From the IMG/VR virus record IMGVR_UViG_3300035695_000002, positions 56,725-120,724 of that record: a DNA stretch of 64,000 bases, one strand, 5' to 3'. The translations under genes and the position numbers were made by a program. The DNA is from a virus. Under the pieces are notes generated by a model that saw only the letters and a list, made by a program, of their open reading frames with translations, had not been told where the DNA came from and searched no databases. Shown here piece after piece: positions 41,815-51,109 of this stretch; position 1 is the stretch's first letter; the number at the start of each line of letters is the position of its first letter.

Positions 41815-42539
41815 TAATTTGCATTTGTTGAGTTAGGAGCTTGACCATCTACGTTATCTGATGTCTTATCTGTCTTCAAGCGATAGTACGTATTAAGAAG
41901 CTTTTGAGATGTTAACTCTAAAACAGGTTTTTCTAAATATCCAGGAAGGTGAAATTCTTTATCTAGGGGATTTTTACATAAATCATCTAGTGTATATTCT
42001 ATTCCACAATCACAATCTGGGAAAGCTATTTCGTTAGGAATATCTTCTTCAAAGAAAGCTGCCATTCTGACAGTTTGTAAAAGAGGATTGGTTGCATATA
42101 AATAATCATTCACTATAAAGTAATATACGTCTTTCTTTATAATTTGTAACTTTAAAAGATTAATATAACGATTTACTGTTATTTCTTTAAGTTTCTTTCC
42201 TCTACCTCCTAGAGCATTTATACTCCATACTCCCTGTATGGTGTATTGATAATTTCCTTCTGATATTCTAGGAAGTTTATGTTTACTTCTAGCTATTGTA
42301 TGTTCATCTACATAATCACAACATTCTGAAACAGGAACTTCTATCATCTCTAAACAAGGAATATTATCAAAAAGAGTATCTGTCGCCCACAATTTCCTAA
42401 GATTTGTTTCTCTCTTTACCAAAAATATAGTATTATTTCTAATTTCTGACAAAATGGCACGGTCTGTAATATTATTATCTATTGATAATAGCTTGTGCAT
42501 ACTACGAACGTCTGAAACTATTTTCCTTGCTGTTGCCAT
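41814..42539 (-). CDS. Tail ring protein (241 aa)
   Basis: Synteny, plus IPCLEMIEV...C and C-terminal DKTSD motifs. Confidence 0.55.
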   Translation of the reverse strand: MATARKIVSDVRSMHKLLSIDNNITDRAILSEIRNNTIFLVKRETNLRKLWATDTLFDNIPCLEMIEVPVSECCDYVDEHTIARSKHKLPRISEGNYQYTIQGVWSINALGGRGKKLKEITVNRYINLLKLQIIKKDVYYFIVNDYLYATNPLLQTVRMAAFFEEDIPNEIAFPDCDCGIEYTLDDLCKNPLDKEFHLPGYLEKPVLELTSQKLLNTYYRLKTDKTSDNVDGQAPNSTNAN

Positions 42540-42543
42540 ATTA

Positions 42544-43737
42544 TTATAATCTTACTTCAAATTCTGCTATTTTCCCTTGCTCTGGATGATATACAAGAGC
42601 TAAAGCAGCGTGTATTTTATTCTCAAAATTATTGTCTCTATGCCATCTATCTGTCTTTGATAGAGAAGGCATCTGTTGAATTCTTACTCCCTGTACTTCT
42701 TTAGCCATATAGTGGTGTTTATCCCCTGTATGAATTTCTCTATATTTGGCATTACCAAAATTAGAGGCATCCTTTCCTGTAGCAAAGACTAATGGGAGGT
42801 TTTCTAATTTAACTGAATTACCATGATGGTAACCAATAAAGGTATTTCCTAAGACCACAGATTTTGTAACAGAATGCTCTCTCTGGAACTTCACTTTCTT
42901 ATATCCTTTGAAGAATATCTCTAAAGCATGAGCTACGTAGAAACCCTTAGTTCTATCATGATTTCCTTGCACCAGAACTACCTCCACCTCCTCTGCTTGT
43001 GTCACTAGATAATTAATACTATTGGCTAATATATCAAATCCTTTCTCATATTCCTCATCATACCAAGCAGTTACATCTTGAGGAGTACCATTTGTAGTTG
43101 TATTCTGAATATTGTCAGTATGAAAGAAGTCGTTACTTATAGGAAATACAAGTTTTCTTATATTATAATTAGCTCTTATTTTAGAAATCAAATCGTTCAC
43201 AACTGAGTAATAATCAAACTCTTTTGAATATAAATCATCTCCTTCAAATGTTCTTTTAGCTAAGTGAAAATCTGCTATATTTAACTCTACATCTACCTTA
43301 TCTAAGGTATTATTAGTTACTTTAACATAACTTTCTAGTTTTGGTTTCCAATTACTAAGAAACTTAACAAAATCCTCTGGAGTGTAATCTACTGGCCTTT
43401 TAAGAGTGGCAAATACTGAAGATGTGAATTTACCATTGGATTTAAGCTTTGACCAATAAGAGCTTATTTTATACTTGGTTTTATCTATCTTGTGTAGTTT
43501 ATAAAGATCTTCATCTGATTTAGGCTCAAAATCAAGTTCTATTGAGCTTTCTAAGGTTCCTTTATCATTATTGATCTTTTTAGAGGTTTCTGAGGGTTCT
43601 TCTTCTTTATTTAGTTGTTTTATCAATTCTTCTAATTCGTCTTCTGTTACTCCTAGTTTACCTGCCACAAAAGCCTTGGATTTCTTCCACCCTAAGAGTT
43701 TCTGTAGCTGTTCTAATATCTCTGGATTTTCAGCCAT
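42544..43737 (-). CDS. Calcineurin-like metallophosphoesterase with N-terminal HTH-like region
   Basis: IADFH, NDFFH, GNHD, HHG and HTGDKHH motifs. Confidence 0.8.
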   Translation of the reverse strand: MAENPEILEQLQKLLGWKKSKAFVAGKLGVTEDELEELIKQLNKEEEPSETSKKINNDKGTLESSIELDFEPKSDEDLYKLHKIDKTKYKISSYWSKLKSNGKFTSSVFATLKRPVDYTPEDFVKFLSNWKPKLESYVKVTNNTLDKVDVELNIADFHLAKRTFEGDDLYSKEFDYYSVVNDLISKIRANYNIRKLVFPISNDFFHTDNIQNTTTNGTPQDVTAWYDEEYEKGFDILANSINYLVTQAEEVEVVLVQGNHDRTKGFYVAHALEIFFKGYKKVKFQREHSVTKSVVLGNTFIGYHHGNSVKLENLPLVFATGKDASNFGNAKYREIHTGDKHHYMAKEVQGVRIQQMPSLSKTDRWHRDNNFENKIHAALALVYHPEQGKIAEFEVRL

Positions 43738-43845
43738 TTTATGATTGTTTAGTTAAATCAAAGGTAAAGGTACATAAATAGTTTTATATTTCCCAAACTT
43801 ATTTAACTATTTTAATTAGAAAGAATAACGAAACTAATTAGAATT

Positions 43846-43874
43846 AAAAAGCCCTCTCCTTTTGAGAGAAGGCT
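43846..43874 (-). terminator. Intrinsic terminator
   Basis: Minus strand AGCCTTCTCTC-AAAA-GGAGAGGGCT-TTTT, downstream of 43910..45310. Confidence 0.75.
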
Positions 43875-43909
43875 ATAAATTAGTCACTAAACCAATAAAA
43901 GTGCTAATT

Positions 43910-45310
43910 TTAAGTCAAAGCTACTTTTTTCCAAGATCCATTATATATATAAAAATTGTTATTAGTTTTATCATAATACATAGGGACCACATTAGATCCT
44001 CCTGTAGGAACTCCTGTTGGAATCCCTGCTGCTGATGGAATATATATAAATCCATCTGTCATACCTGTTGTTCCTGAGCTAGGATAAATATTTAATAATC
44101 TATCAATAGATAGAGCTGCTACATGGTTTATGGATAATATCACTGCACCAGGAGTTCCTCCTCCTATTCCTGCTCCTGATGTTATACTTATATTTCCTCC
44201 ATTCGCTACTCCTACACTTGCGTCTCCTCCATCAATAATAACATCTCCTCCAGCTACTCCTGTTACAGAGCTTTGTCCTCCTATGATAACTGCTCTTCCT
44301 GCTGCAAGAGCTGCTCCTGTAGCATTATTTCCTTTAAAATTATTATCCAGAGGAGTACCAGAGGTAACACTTACTCCTCCCACATTAGTTTGTACTACTC
44401 CAGAAAAACTTGCTGTACCTGAAGTTGCAAAATTTAACGTACCTGTACCTTTTGCGAAAATATTTATTCCTACATTAGATGCACTTCCATCTGCTTGAAT
44501 AGTTCTTGATGCACCAGCAAAGGTTGGCCCTCCTAATGTCATAGTTCCTGATGGACCATCAAACTTAAAAAGTACTGTATTTGTAGGGTATTCGAAGGTA
44601 AAAGTAGTTGGGGTGAGTCTAGCTGTAAAAGTATTTGTATCAGCATTAGAGTTTTGACTCCAGAAAGACTGTGTAGAACTTACCTGAAAATATCCTCCGT
44701 GATTTGTGGCATCATTCATTCTGATACCAAGTATATTATCCTGAATACTAGATATAGTTGTTAATGTGCCTCCCGTTAATGTGCCTCCTAGTTGAACATC
44801 TGTTCCAACTGCTGTCAATCCTTGGGATGCTGTAATTAATCCTCCTCCTCCCCCACCACTAGCAGCAATTGTAAAATTAGGATAGGAACCTGTAATAGTA
44901 ATATTGGCTCCCTGTGTAAGTGTTACTGTTTGATCTGGGGCACTATTAGTAATTACTCCTGTAACATTATTATAATTAATACCTGTTCCTCCAGATAAGC
45001 TGGCTAGGGTTATGGTATTCCAAGTCCTGTTTGCTGATAAATCTTGTGTAACTCCATTAATTGTAATAGTTCGTGTATTAGGAACTGCTCCGCTAACTGT
45101 TATAATAGCAGCATCTAATTTAGCTAAAGCTAATGTTAGATTGTCATTAGTGTTTATTTCAGAATTAACTAAGTCTACACCAGTATATATTACATCTGCA
45201 CTATTGATTTTCACAGGAGAACATCCACATGGGAACCATGTAAAAGTTAATCCTTTATTACAATCTAAAGGGGAAGGAGCTTCCCATCCTGGCATTCCTG
45301 GTATATTCAT
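43910..45310 (-). CDS. Fibre protein (466 aa)
   Basis: Gly-rich; TRTITINGVTQDLSANRTW; C-terminal MYYDKTNNNFYIYNGSWK. Confidence 0.75.
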   Translation of the reverse strand: MNIPGMPGWEAPSPLDCNKGLTFTWFPCGCSPVKINSADVIYTGVDLVNSEINTNDNLTLALAKLDAAIITVSGAVPNTRTITINGVTQDLSANRTWNTITLASLSGGTGINYNNVTGVITNSAPDQTVTLTQGANITITGSYPNFTIAASGGGGGGLITASQGLTAVGTDVQLGGTLTGGTLTTISSIQDNILGIRMNDATNHGGYFQVSSTQSFWSQNSNADTNTFTARLTPTTFTFEYPTNTVLFKFDGPSGTMTLGGPTFAGASRTIQADGSASNVGINIFAKGTGTLNFATSGTASFSGVVQTNVGGVSVTSGTPLDNNFKGNNATGAALAAGRAVIIGGQSSVTGVAGGDVIIDGGDASVGVANGGNISITSGAGIGGGTPGAVILSINHVAALSIDRLLNIYPSSGTTGMTDGFIYIPSAAGIPTGVPTGGSNVVPMYYDKTNNNFYIYNGSWKKVALT

Positions 45311-45313
45311 TAA

Positions 45314-46432
45314 CTAGGGTAAATAAATGATGTAGTAACAAGCCAAAGAAGGTTGTTTATTATCATGAGCTAATCCTCCTCCTGTATTTTGAGCACTTAC
45401 TCCTGATACAACAGTGGATGTTTGCATTGTATTATCGGGAGTGGTCTGTCCTCCAAAAGCATCTGCTCCACCACCGGCATCAAATCTAGTACCATACGTT
45501 CCTCCGCTTCTAGAGAGATATAAAGCAGCAGGACCTCCTGTTATAGTACCAGCAGCATGCATTGTATGTACGTGACCAGGATCTGTAATAGAGTGAGTGT
45601 GGGAAGGTATTTCTGTAGCATCTAGAGTTATCTTATTAACCCCATATATAATGTCTCCTAGGGCATAATTAGGATTGAATGTAGGATCTGAGGCAGGATT
45701 AACTGTTGCAGCCAAAGCTCCTCCAGGAACTCCTTGAATAGCTCCTACAGGCACTCTACCCCTTTTATCAGGGGTTCCATTTAATCCGTTACATAAATAG
45801 ATATTTTCCCAATCTCCAAGTCCAGCTCCTGTAGCATCAAAATTGGCTAATGTGCCGTAATACTCCACTGCTGTATAAGGAACCATTTTGGTAGAAAACT
45901 TAGTACTTGTACCAATATTATCTAAATAAGCCTGAATAAGGGTATTTAAATCAGAAAGTTTTACATAATTAGTAAGAACATTTAATGCTAGTGCTGATAA
46001 TGTTGTATCTAAGGCACATAGTTTAGTTATAACTGCCTGTAAAACATCATGAGTATCAGAACTGTTTGTTACTCCTGATAAGCAATCTATATCATAGTCT
46101 GCATTCAATGTGGTTAGTGTAGCGTTTATTACATCTATTTGCTCTTGTAAATCACAAGTTGCTTTAATTAATGCTTCAAATAGATTTAAGGCTGTCAAAT
46201 CCTCACATGTAGGAATATATTTCTTAACTACATCACATATGATAGAAGAATCAATAGTGAGTTTTATACCTGTTCCGTCTAATGTAGATGTTAAAAAGGT
46301 AATGAGAGCCTGTTCTATATAAGAAAGACTATCTCCTGTTTTTATACCTAATACAGGAACATCTATTCCTGTATATCTAACACATTTATCTGAGGTGATG
46401 TCCGTACATCCGTTATAACAATTAGAGCACAT
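45314..46432 (-). CDS. Fibre/baseplate protein with a tail-collar domain (372 aa)
   Basis: LCNGLNGTPDKRGRVPVG...TEIPSHTHS...GGGLAHDNKQP collar motifs. Confidence 0.75.
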   Translation of the reverse strand: MCSNCYNGCTDITSDKCVRYTGIDVPVLGIKTGDSLSYIEQALITFLTSTLDGTGIKLTIDSSIICDVVKKYIPTCEDLTALNLFEALIKATCDLQEQIDVINATLTTLNADYDIDCLSGVTNSSDTHDVLQAVITKLCALDTTLSALALNVLTNYVKLSDLNTLIQAYLDNIGTSTKFSTKMVPYTAVEYYGTLANFDATGAGLGDWENIYLCNGLNGTPDKRGRVPVGAIQGVPGGALAATVNPASDPTFNPNYALGDIIYGVNKITLDATEIPSHTHSITDPGHVHTMHAAGTITGGPAALYLSRSGGTYGTRFDAGGGADAFGGQTTPDNTMQTSTVVSGVSAQNTGGGLAHDNKQPSLACYYIIYLP

Positions 46433-46445
46433 TCTTTATATTGAT

Positions 46446-46712
46446 TTATTTGTTGATTAATATTTTTATCCTCGATGCTATTTTCTTCACTGTATATTTA
46501 CAAGCATAGTTGGGATTGTAAAGTTTATATGTAAGAATCCTTTTATAGTTTAATAGGTCCCAAAAAGCACCTCTATCTATACATTTATTTAAGTCAAATA
46601 TAGTGTTATTATATTCACTTTTAGCTAATGAGAATATCTTACAGTTAATCTCTGATAAGAGAATAGGGATTGTTGTACAATCTACACAATTATTTAGTCT
46701 GTGGTGAAGCAT
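46446..46712 (-). CDS. Small Cys-containing structural protein (tail-hub-like, 88 aa)
   Basis: ORF track and operon packing. Confidence 0.6.
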   Translation of the reverse strand: MLHHRLNNCVDCTTIPILLSEINCKIFSLAKSEYNNTIFDLNKCIDRGAFWDLLNYKRILTYKLYNPNYACKYTVKKIASRIKILINK

Positions 46713-46839
46713 TTACTTGAGGTGGTTGAGTATTTGGATTGGTAGCCTGTAAGGAAGCTGAATAACATCCTGGACAAAGTCCATTAGTTAATTGACAGGA
46801 ACATCCTTGCTCTGCACCACATTTAGCGCATTTTGCCAT
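46690..46839 (-). CDS. 49-aa Cys-rich (zinc-finger-like) protein missed by the ORF track
   Basis: MAKCAKCGAEQGCSCQLTNGLCPGC...TK*. Fills the gap between two genes and has an AT-rich initiation context. Confidence 0.7.
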   Translation of the reverse strand: MAKCAKCGAEQGCSCQLTNGLCPGCYSASLQATNPNTQPPQVNASPQTK

Positions 46840-46845
46840 ATTATA

Positions 46846-47415
46846 TTATACGAAATTGGTTATAAAATTATTAGCTCTGGAGCATCCACAATTATTAGCA
46901 ATGAAATTACAAAGTTGTTTATCTGCTTGTCTATAAAGAGTATTGGCTGTATCTATAGCACATTCGTTAGCAGCAGCTTTAGATCCTTGTATAAAGAAGT
47001 AAATTGTGGTTAAATCTACTTTAGATTGAGTTTTGATAGCTAAATCACATTGCATCATATCTAGTTTCATGAAAGCATTATCAAACTTCTCTTGTATCAC
47101 TTCTGTTCTTTGGAATGTTTTTGTAACAAAGTTCTCAAAAGACGGTGTTACAGAATAAGTGAGTGTATAAGTTCCATCAGGAAGAGGAGTTAAATCATCT
47201 CCTGGAGCACTAAGTCCTAAAGAGAGAGAATTAAATACATTAAAGTCACTAGGAGTAAAAGGAAGAGACACTGTACCAAAGCCATTAGGAATCTCTATAG
47301 TAATAGTAGGAGAAGAAACAGGAGGACTATCTGGATATGTAGAAATATCAGCTATACCAAGAGTGTTCTTATCGTAGGTTTCTATTACTAATATGTCTAG
47401 TTTTAAATCTGCCAT
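46846..47415 (-). CDS. Structural protein (tail-hub-like, 189 aa)
   Basis: LPDGTYTLTYSV motif; crAss-like synteny. Confidence 0.55.
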   Translation of the reverse strand: MADLKLDILVIETYDKNTLGIADISTYPDSPPVSSPTITIEIPNGFGTVSLPFTPSDFNVFNSLSLGLSAPGDDLTPLPDGTYTLTYSVTPSFENFVTKTFQRTEVIQEKFDNAFMKLDMMQCDLAIKTQSKVDLTTIYFFIQGSKAAANECAIDTANTLYRQADKQLCNFIANNCGCSRANNFITNFV

Positions 47416-47432
47416 TATTTATTAGTTTAAAT

Positions 47433-47470
47433 AAAAAAAGGAGGAAAGCTTTTTACTTTCTCTCCTTTTT
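47433..47470 (-). terminator. Intrinsic terminator, possibly bidirectional
   Basis: AAAAAGGAGAGAAAG...CTTTCCTCCTTTTTTT after the 385-aa gene. Confidence 0.7.
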
Positions 47471-47494
47471 CAAGTTTATTATTGAGTTATCCTA

Positions 47495-48652
47495 TTAAGG
47501 AGTCAATGTAGACGTTGTGCTAGTAGTAGGCCATACAGTTGTCGTAGTAGACGTTGTAGTGATACAAGAGTTGTCATTTGCAACAGTTCCAAGAGCAGCT
47601 TCAAGAACAGCTTGAATACCTGCTGTAAGAGCTGTAGGAACAGCTACAATCACCAAACTATCTTCTTCAATATAATCACCCCACTGGTAAGCTGATTTGC
47701 TGAATTCATTGAATCTGATATAGAAGGTATCATATGTTGTGCCTGTAGTTACCCAAGACTCAAAGTTCTCGTTATAACCATTCATTCTATAAAGACTCTT
47801 CAAATATCCAGCTTGGTAGCTATAAAAGTTCTTTTCAAGTTGAGCAATCTCATCAGAAGTACCTGTAGCATAAGACGCACGTTGAGTTATAAGTGCTGTA
47901 GCTACAATATTACAACTGTCTGGTACAATAAAGTCAGCAGTGGTAGCAGGGCCTGAATATACGAATGTTCTAAACCACATTCTATCATATTCAAAAGGAA
48001 AAGCTGCAATATCGCAAGGTTGACCGTATTTAGTAAGAGGCTTACCAGAAATACGAAGAATTGCATTTGCGTCATTTCCTATACGTTGGAACTGATAGAA
48101 CTGAATTAGTTCAATATTATCAGAGTTAATTCCTGGAGCATGTTGACTAAGAGCTATAATTAGCTTGTCAATCAATGCTGGAACATCTGTGTTAGTACAA
48201 GGATCAGCACCGCAATTACAGCAAGGAGCTTGTACAGTTACACTACGAGTGAAACCATTGAAATAGAGAGTTGAAAGATAAGAAGATTGGGCACGTAAAG
48301 TAAGAGTGATAATATCACCGCATTTTACATTCCATCCACTTACATCTGTCACTTGTGTTGCAGGAGTAGGACATCCTATCACCTTACGCCATTCTGTAAC
48401 ATTGGAAGTACAATTTGCTGTTGCACAACCTTTGATTTTATCAGAACGTTTACTACCTTGTAAGTAGGTATTTGTTCTACCTTGGGCAAGATAGAAATAA
48501 TTAGAAGCAGCAATATTACCAGCGTTAGCCACTGTATAATCGCTTCTAAAAATACCAAACTGACCAGCAGTTAAGTCTTGTGTACTACCAGAGCTAGGGA
48601 GTGTATTCCCTACTGGAACCACGAAGACGGTGGTTAATGAGAAATCTGACAT
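47495..48652 (-). CDS. Abundant structural protein (auxiliary capsid protein-like, 385 aa)
   Basis: Codon bias typical of highly expressed genes, a terminator downstream, crAss-like synteny, Thr-rich C terminus. Confidence 0.6.
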   Translation of the reverse strand: MSDFSLTTVFVVPVGNTLPSSGSTQDLTAGQFGIFRSDYTVANAGNIAASNYFYLAQGRTNTYLQGSKRSDKIKGCATANCTSNVTEWRKVIGCPTPATQVTDVSGWNVKCGDIITLTLRAQSSYLSTLYFNGFTRSVTVQAPCCNCGADPCTNTDVPALIDKLIIALSQHAPGINSDNIELIQFYQFQRIGNDANAILRISGKPLTKYGQPCDIAAFPFEYDRMWFRTFVYSGPATTADFIVPDSCNIVATALITQRASYATGTSDEIAQLEKNFYSYQAGYLKSLYRMNGYNENFESWVTTGTTYDTFYIRFNEFSKSAYQWGDYIEEDSLVIVAVPTALTAGIQAVLEAALGTVANDNSCITTTSTTTTVWPTTSTTSTLTP

Positions 48653-48678
48653 TGTTTATTTAATTTAAATTGTTTAAG

Positions 48679-49410
48679 TTATTCGTCCGTTTTTATCCTA
48701 AATTCAGAGTTTTGAGCAGCAGCAGTATTTTCTGTATACATTGCTAAGTTCTCCACTGTTAAATCTATTAATTCATCCTCTAGATAGTTCTTTAGTTCAC
48801 AATCTACATCTGTAGAATTAGTACCATCAAACTTTACATATCCTGTTTTATCTATATACTTAGGATAGCGTATATATGAAAGATAGAGTTTAGAGGGGGT
48901 AAAAGTACCATCTGTAAATATTGATATTTCATCAGATGATATAATATTGAAAGTCTCCTGATATTCAAAAGAAGGCTTTGTATGATCGTTAGCTAGGAGA
49001 ATTTGTATATCTCCATGTCTTGCTAAATCTGGGTTTATTTTTACCCTTCTATCCTTACATTTCCCTTTACTTGCTAAAATGTAGCTATCTACATAGAACA
49101 TATAAGCAGGACTTACTTCAGATAGGGAGGCTGTCCATTTATTTAAAACAGTGTTGGTTTCTTCTAAATCAAGCGGATGATCTTCATAAGACTCTATGAG
49201 CTTTTCTAAATCCTCATATCTCTTCTTAAAAGCATCAAGTCCTAAACCACTAACTGTATTTTGACCATCAAGCTTTTGCTTTATCAGCTTTATTTGAGCC
49301 TCATTTAAAGCTAAAATCTTGTCTTCTAATTGAATTCTCTGATGTTCGTTACTTGATAGTTTATTTAGTTTTTGGTCTATTTTGTATAATAAACTATCTA
49401 CTGGGATCAT
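48679..49410 (-). CDS. Head-tail ring protein (243 aa)
   Basis: LNEAQIKLIK...YLSYIRYP...DCEL...LIDLTV pattern; synteny. Confidence 0.6.
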   Translation of the reverse strand: MIPVDSLLYKIDQKLNKLSSNEHQRIQLEDKILALNEAQIKLIKQKLDGQNTVSGLGLDAFKKRYEDLEKLIESYEDHPLDLEETNTVLNKWTASLSEVSPAYMFYVDSYILASKGKCKDRRVKINPDLARHGDIQILLANDHTKPSFEYQETFNIISSDEISIFTDGTFTPSKLYLSYIRYPKYIDKTGYVKFDGTNSTDVDCELKNYLEDELIDLTVENLAMYTENTAAAQNSEFRIKTDE

Positions 49411-50372
49411 ACAGACATTAATTTTTTAGATTGTAATTTTTGTTGTAACATTATCAAATCTTCTTGGTGATCTTCATTAAGAAGGAATTTAACCAAGTCA
49501 TCCTCATCTTTTGCTATTTCAGCCTCTCCTTCATAGATTTTACCATTAGGTTTCATTCTGTAAATGGAGTGTGTAATTGCTTGTTTTACCAAGTCTTTAG
49601 CATGAAGAATATCTTCTTTCATATCAGCAAACCTAGTGAATACCTCTATAGGATTGAGTCCTTGGAAACTACCAGATTTAAATTCACTCTTTTTAAAGAC
49701 ATCATCTATTAAGTTATAAACAATCTCTTCTTTTGTATCTTCTGTTACAGGAAGTCCTAATTGTCTTGCCACCTTTCTCTTAGTCTCAGGAGACATCTTA
49801 TCAAGGGTTATAATTGCCTTGTTAACAGCTTTTTTCTTGTTATATGCTATTGTATTTTCAATTTCATCATCCACTACATACCATTGTGTATCTGCTGCAT
49901 ATTCTCCTCTTTCCCATGCTTGAAAAGAAGAAGCAATAGTTGGATGTACTCTAAGCCATGCAAATGCTAGTTCCTGATAGGGGATTCCTAAATCGAAGTA
50001 ATTGTCTCCATCTACCAATTTTACAGGTTGAACATGAGATTGATCTTCTGCTGAAAGAGATTTACTATGATCCCAGAAAGATGACTTAGGACCTAAGTCC
50101 ACACCTAATTCTTCTTCTAATTTCTTTCGAAGTTTTGAAACCCTTTCGATTTCTACATCTTTTGCCACCTTATCTTGGATTCTCCCGATATAGGAAGCTT
50201 GTGGATCTAAGCCTGTTCTGTACTTACCTGTTAATTCCTTATAAGGAAACTTTGTAGCACTTGTTCCAGGAACTCTTGTCATTCCATGTTTTGCAAGTTC
50301 ACTTTGCATTGTTTGCAATTGTGAACCAGAATAATTCCTTTTAATAGAGGAAATTTTAGCAGATCTGCCCAT
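49407..50372 (-). CDS. Conserved crAss-like capsid-region protein (321 aa)
   Basis: Long ORF directly downstream of the major capsid gene region. Confidence 0.65.
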   Translation of the reverse strand: MGRSAKISSIKRNYSGSQLQTMQSELAKHGMTRVPGTSATKFPYKELTGKYRTGLDPQASYIGRIQDKVAKDVEIERVSKLRKKLEEELGVDLGPKSSFWDHSKSLSAEDQSHVQPVKLVDGDNYFDLGIPYQELAFAWLRVHPTIASSFQAWERGEYAADTQWYVVDDEIENTIAYNKKKAVNKAIITLDKMSPETKRKVARQLGLPVTEDTKEEIVYNLIDDVFKKSEFKSGSFQGLNPIEVFTRFADMKEDILHAKDLVKQAITHSIYRMKPNGKIYEGEAEIAKDEDDLVKFLLNEDHQEDLIMLQQKLQSKKLMSV

Positions 50373-50406
50373 ATGTAGTTAATTTGTTGTTTGGTTTATT
50401 TTATTG

Positions 50407-50481
50407 TAGCGTTGTCTTGGATTCGAACCAAGGATTTCAAGCTTATGAGGCTTGCGAGATAGTCCACTTCTCTAACCCGCT
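50407..50481 (-). tRNA. tRNA-Met (CAT), isolated
   Basis: AGCGGGTTAGAGAAGTGG...CAAGC-CTCATAA-GCTTG...GGTTCGAATCC cloverleaf. Confidence 0.85.
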
Positions 50482-50608
50482 ATTTGTAACTACTCTCGCC
50501 CAGTCACCAAGCGCTTATTCATGTTTTATACTAGTAAATAAGAACTAGTTTTTATTTTTGAAGACCCTCTTCGTACTCAGCACTACGAAGAGGTTGGGTC
50601 TTCTGTAA

Positions 50609-51109
50609 TTATTGTAAATTTTTAATACTTCCTTTTTTCAAATATTCTAATTCTAGTACTCTCTTTACATGTGATTTATCTAAATAAGGATTATGAAGTT
50701 CTCTATGACAATTTGAACATAACAGTATACATTTCAAGGCTTCATTTAAAATTTCATCATCTGTCTTTGATTTTATATTTTGAACCTTTACTTCAAAACT
50801 TTTATCATATGGATTTTTGTGATGAAAGTCAAATGCTGATATATTTTTGTCATATCCACATTTTTCACATTTACCTCCAAAAAGCTCAATTAATTCTAGT
50901 TTCTTTTGAATTCCTCGTAAGGTGTACTTATTTAAACCATATTCATCTTTAAACTTTTTATGTTGTTTAGATGAGTTTATATATTTCGCCTTATCGTGAC
51001 ACTTCTGATTACAAAACCTTTTATCTCTTTTGAACTTTCTCTTTCCTATTTTACTTTTAAGTTCCTTACCACAATATTCACAATTCTTTATTTCGTTGTC
51101 AATATCCAC
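50609..51109 (-). mobile_element. HNH endonuclease with zinc ribbons
   Basis: CEKCGY...FDFHH...KCILLCSNCHRELH. Start overlaps the major capsid stop codon. Confidence 0.85.

Noticed and set aside
50490-50522. Micro-ORF MNKRLVTGRE upstream of the lone tRNA-Met as a fourth leader
   Set aside because: It has no internal Met codons and no terminator or antiterminator, so it is probably a chance ORF.
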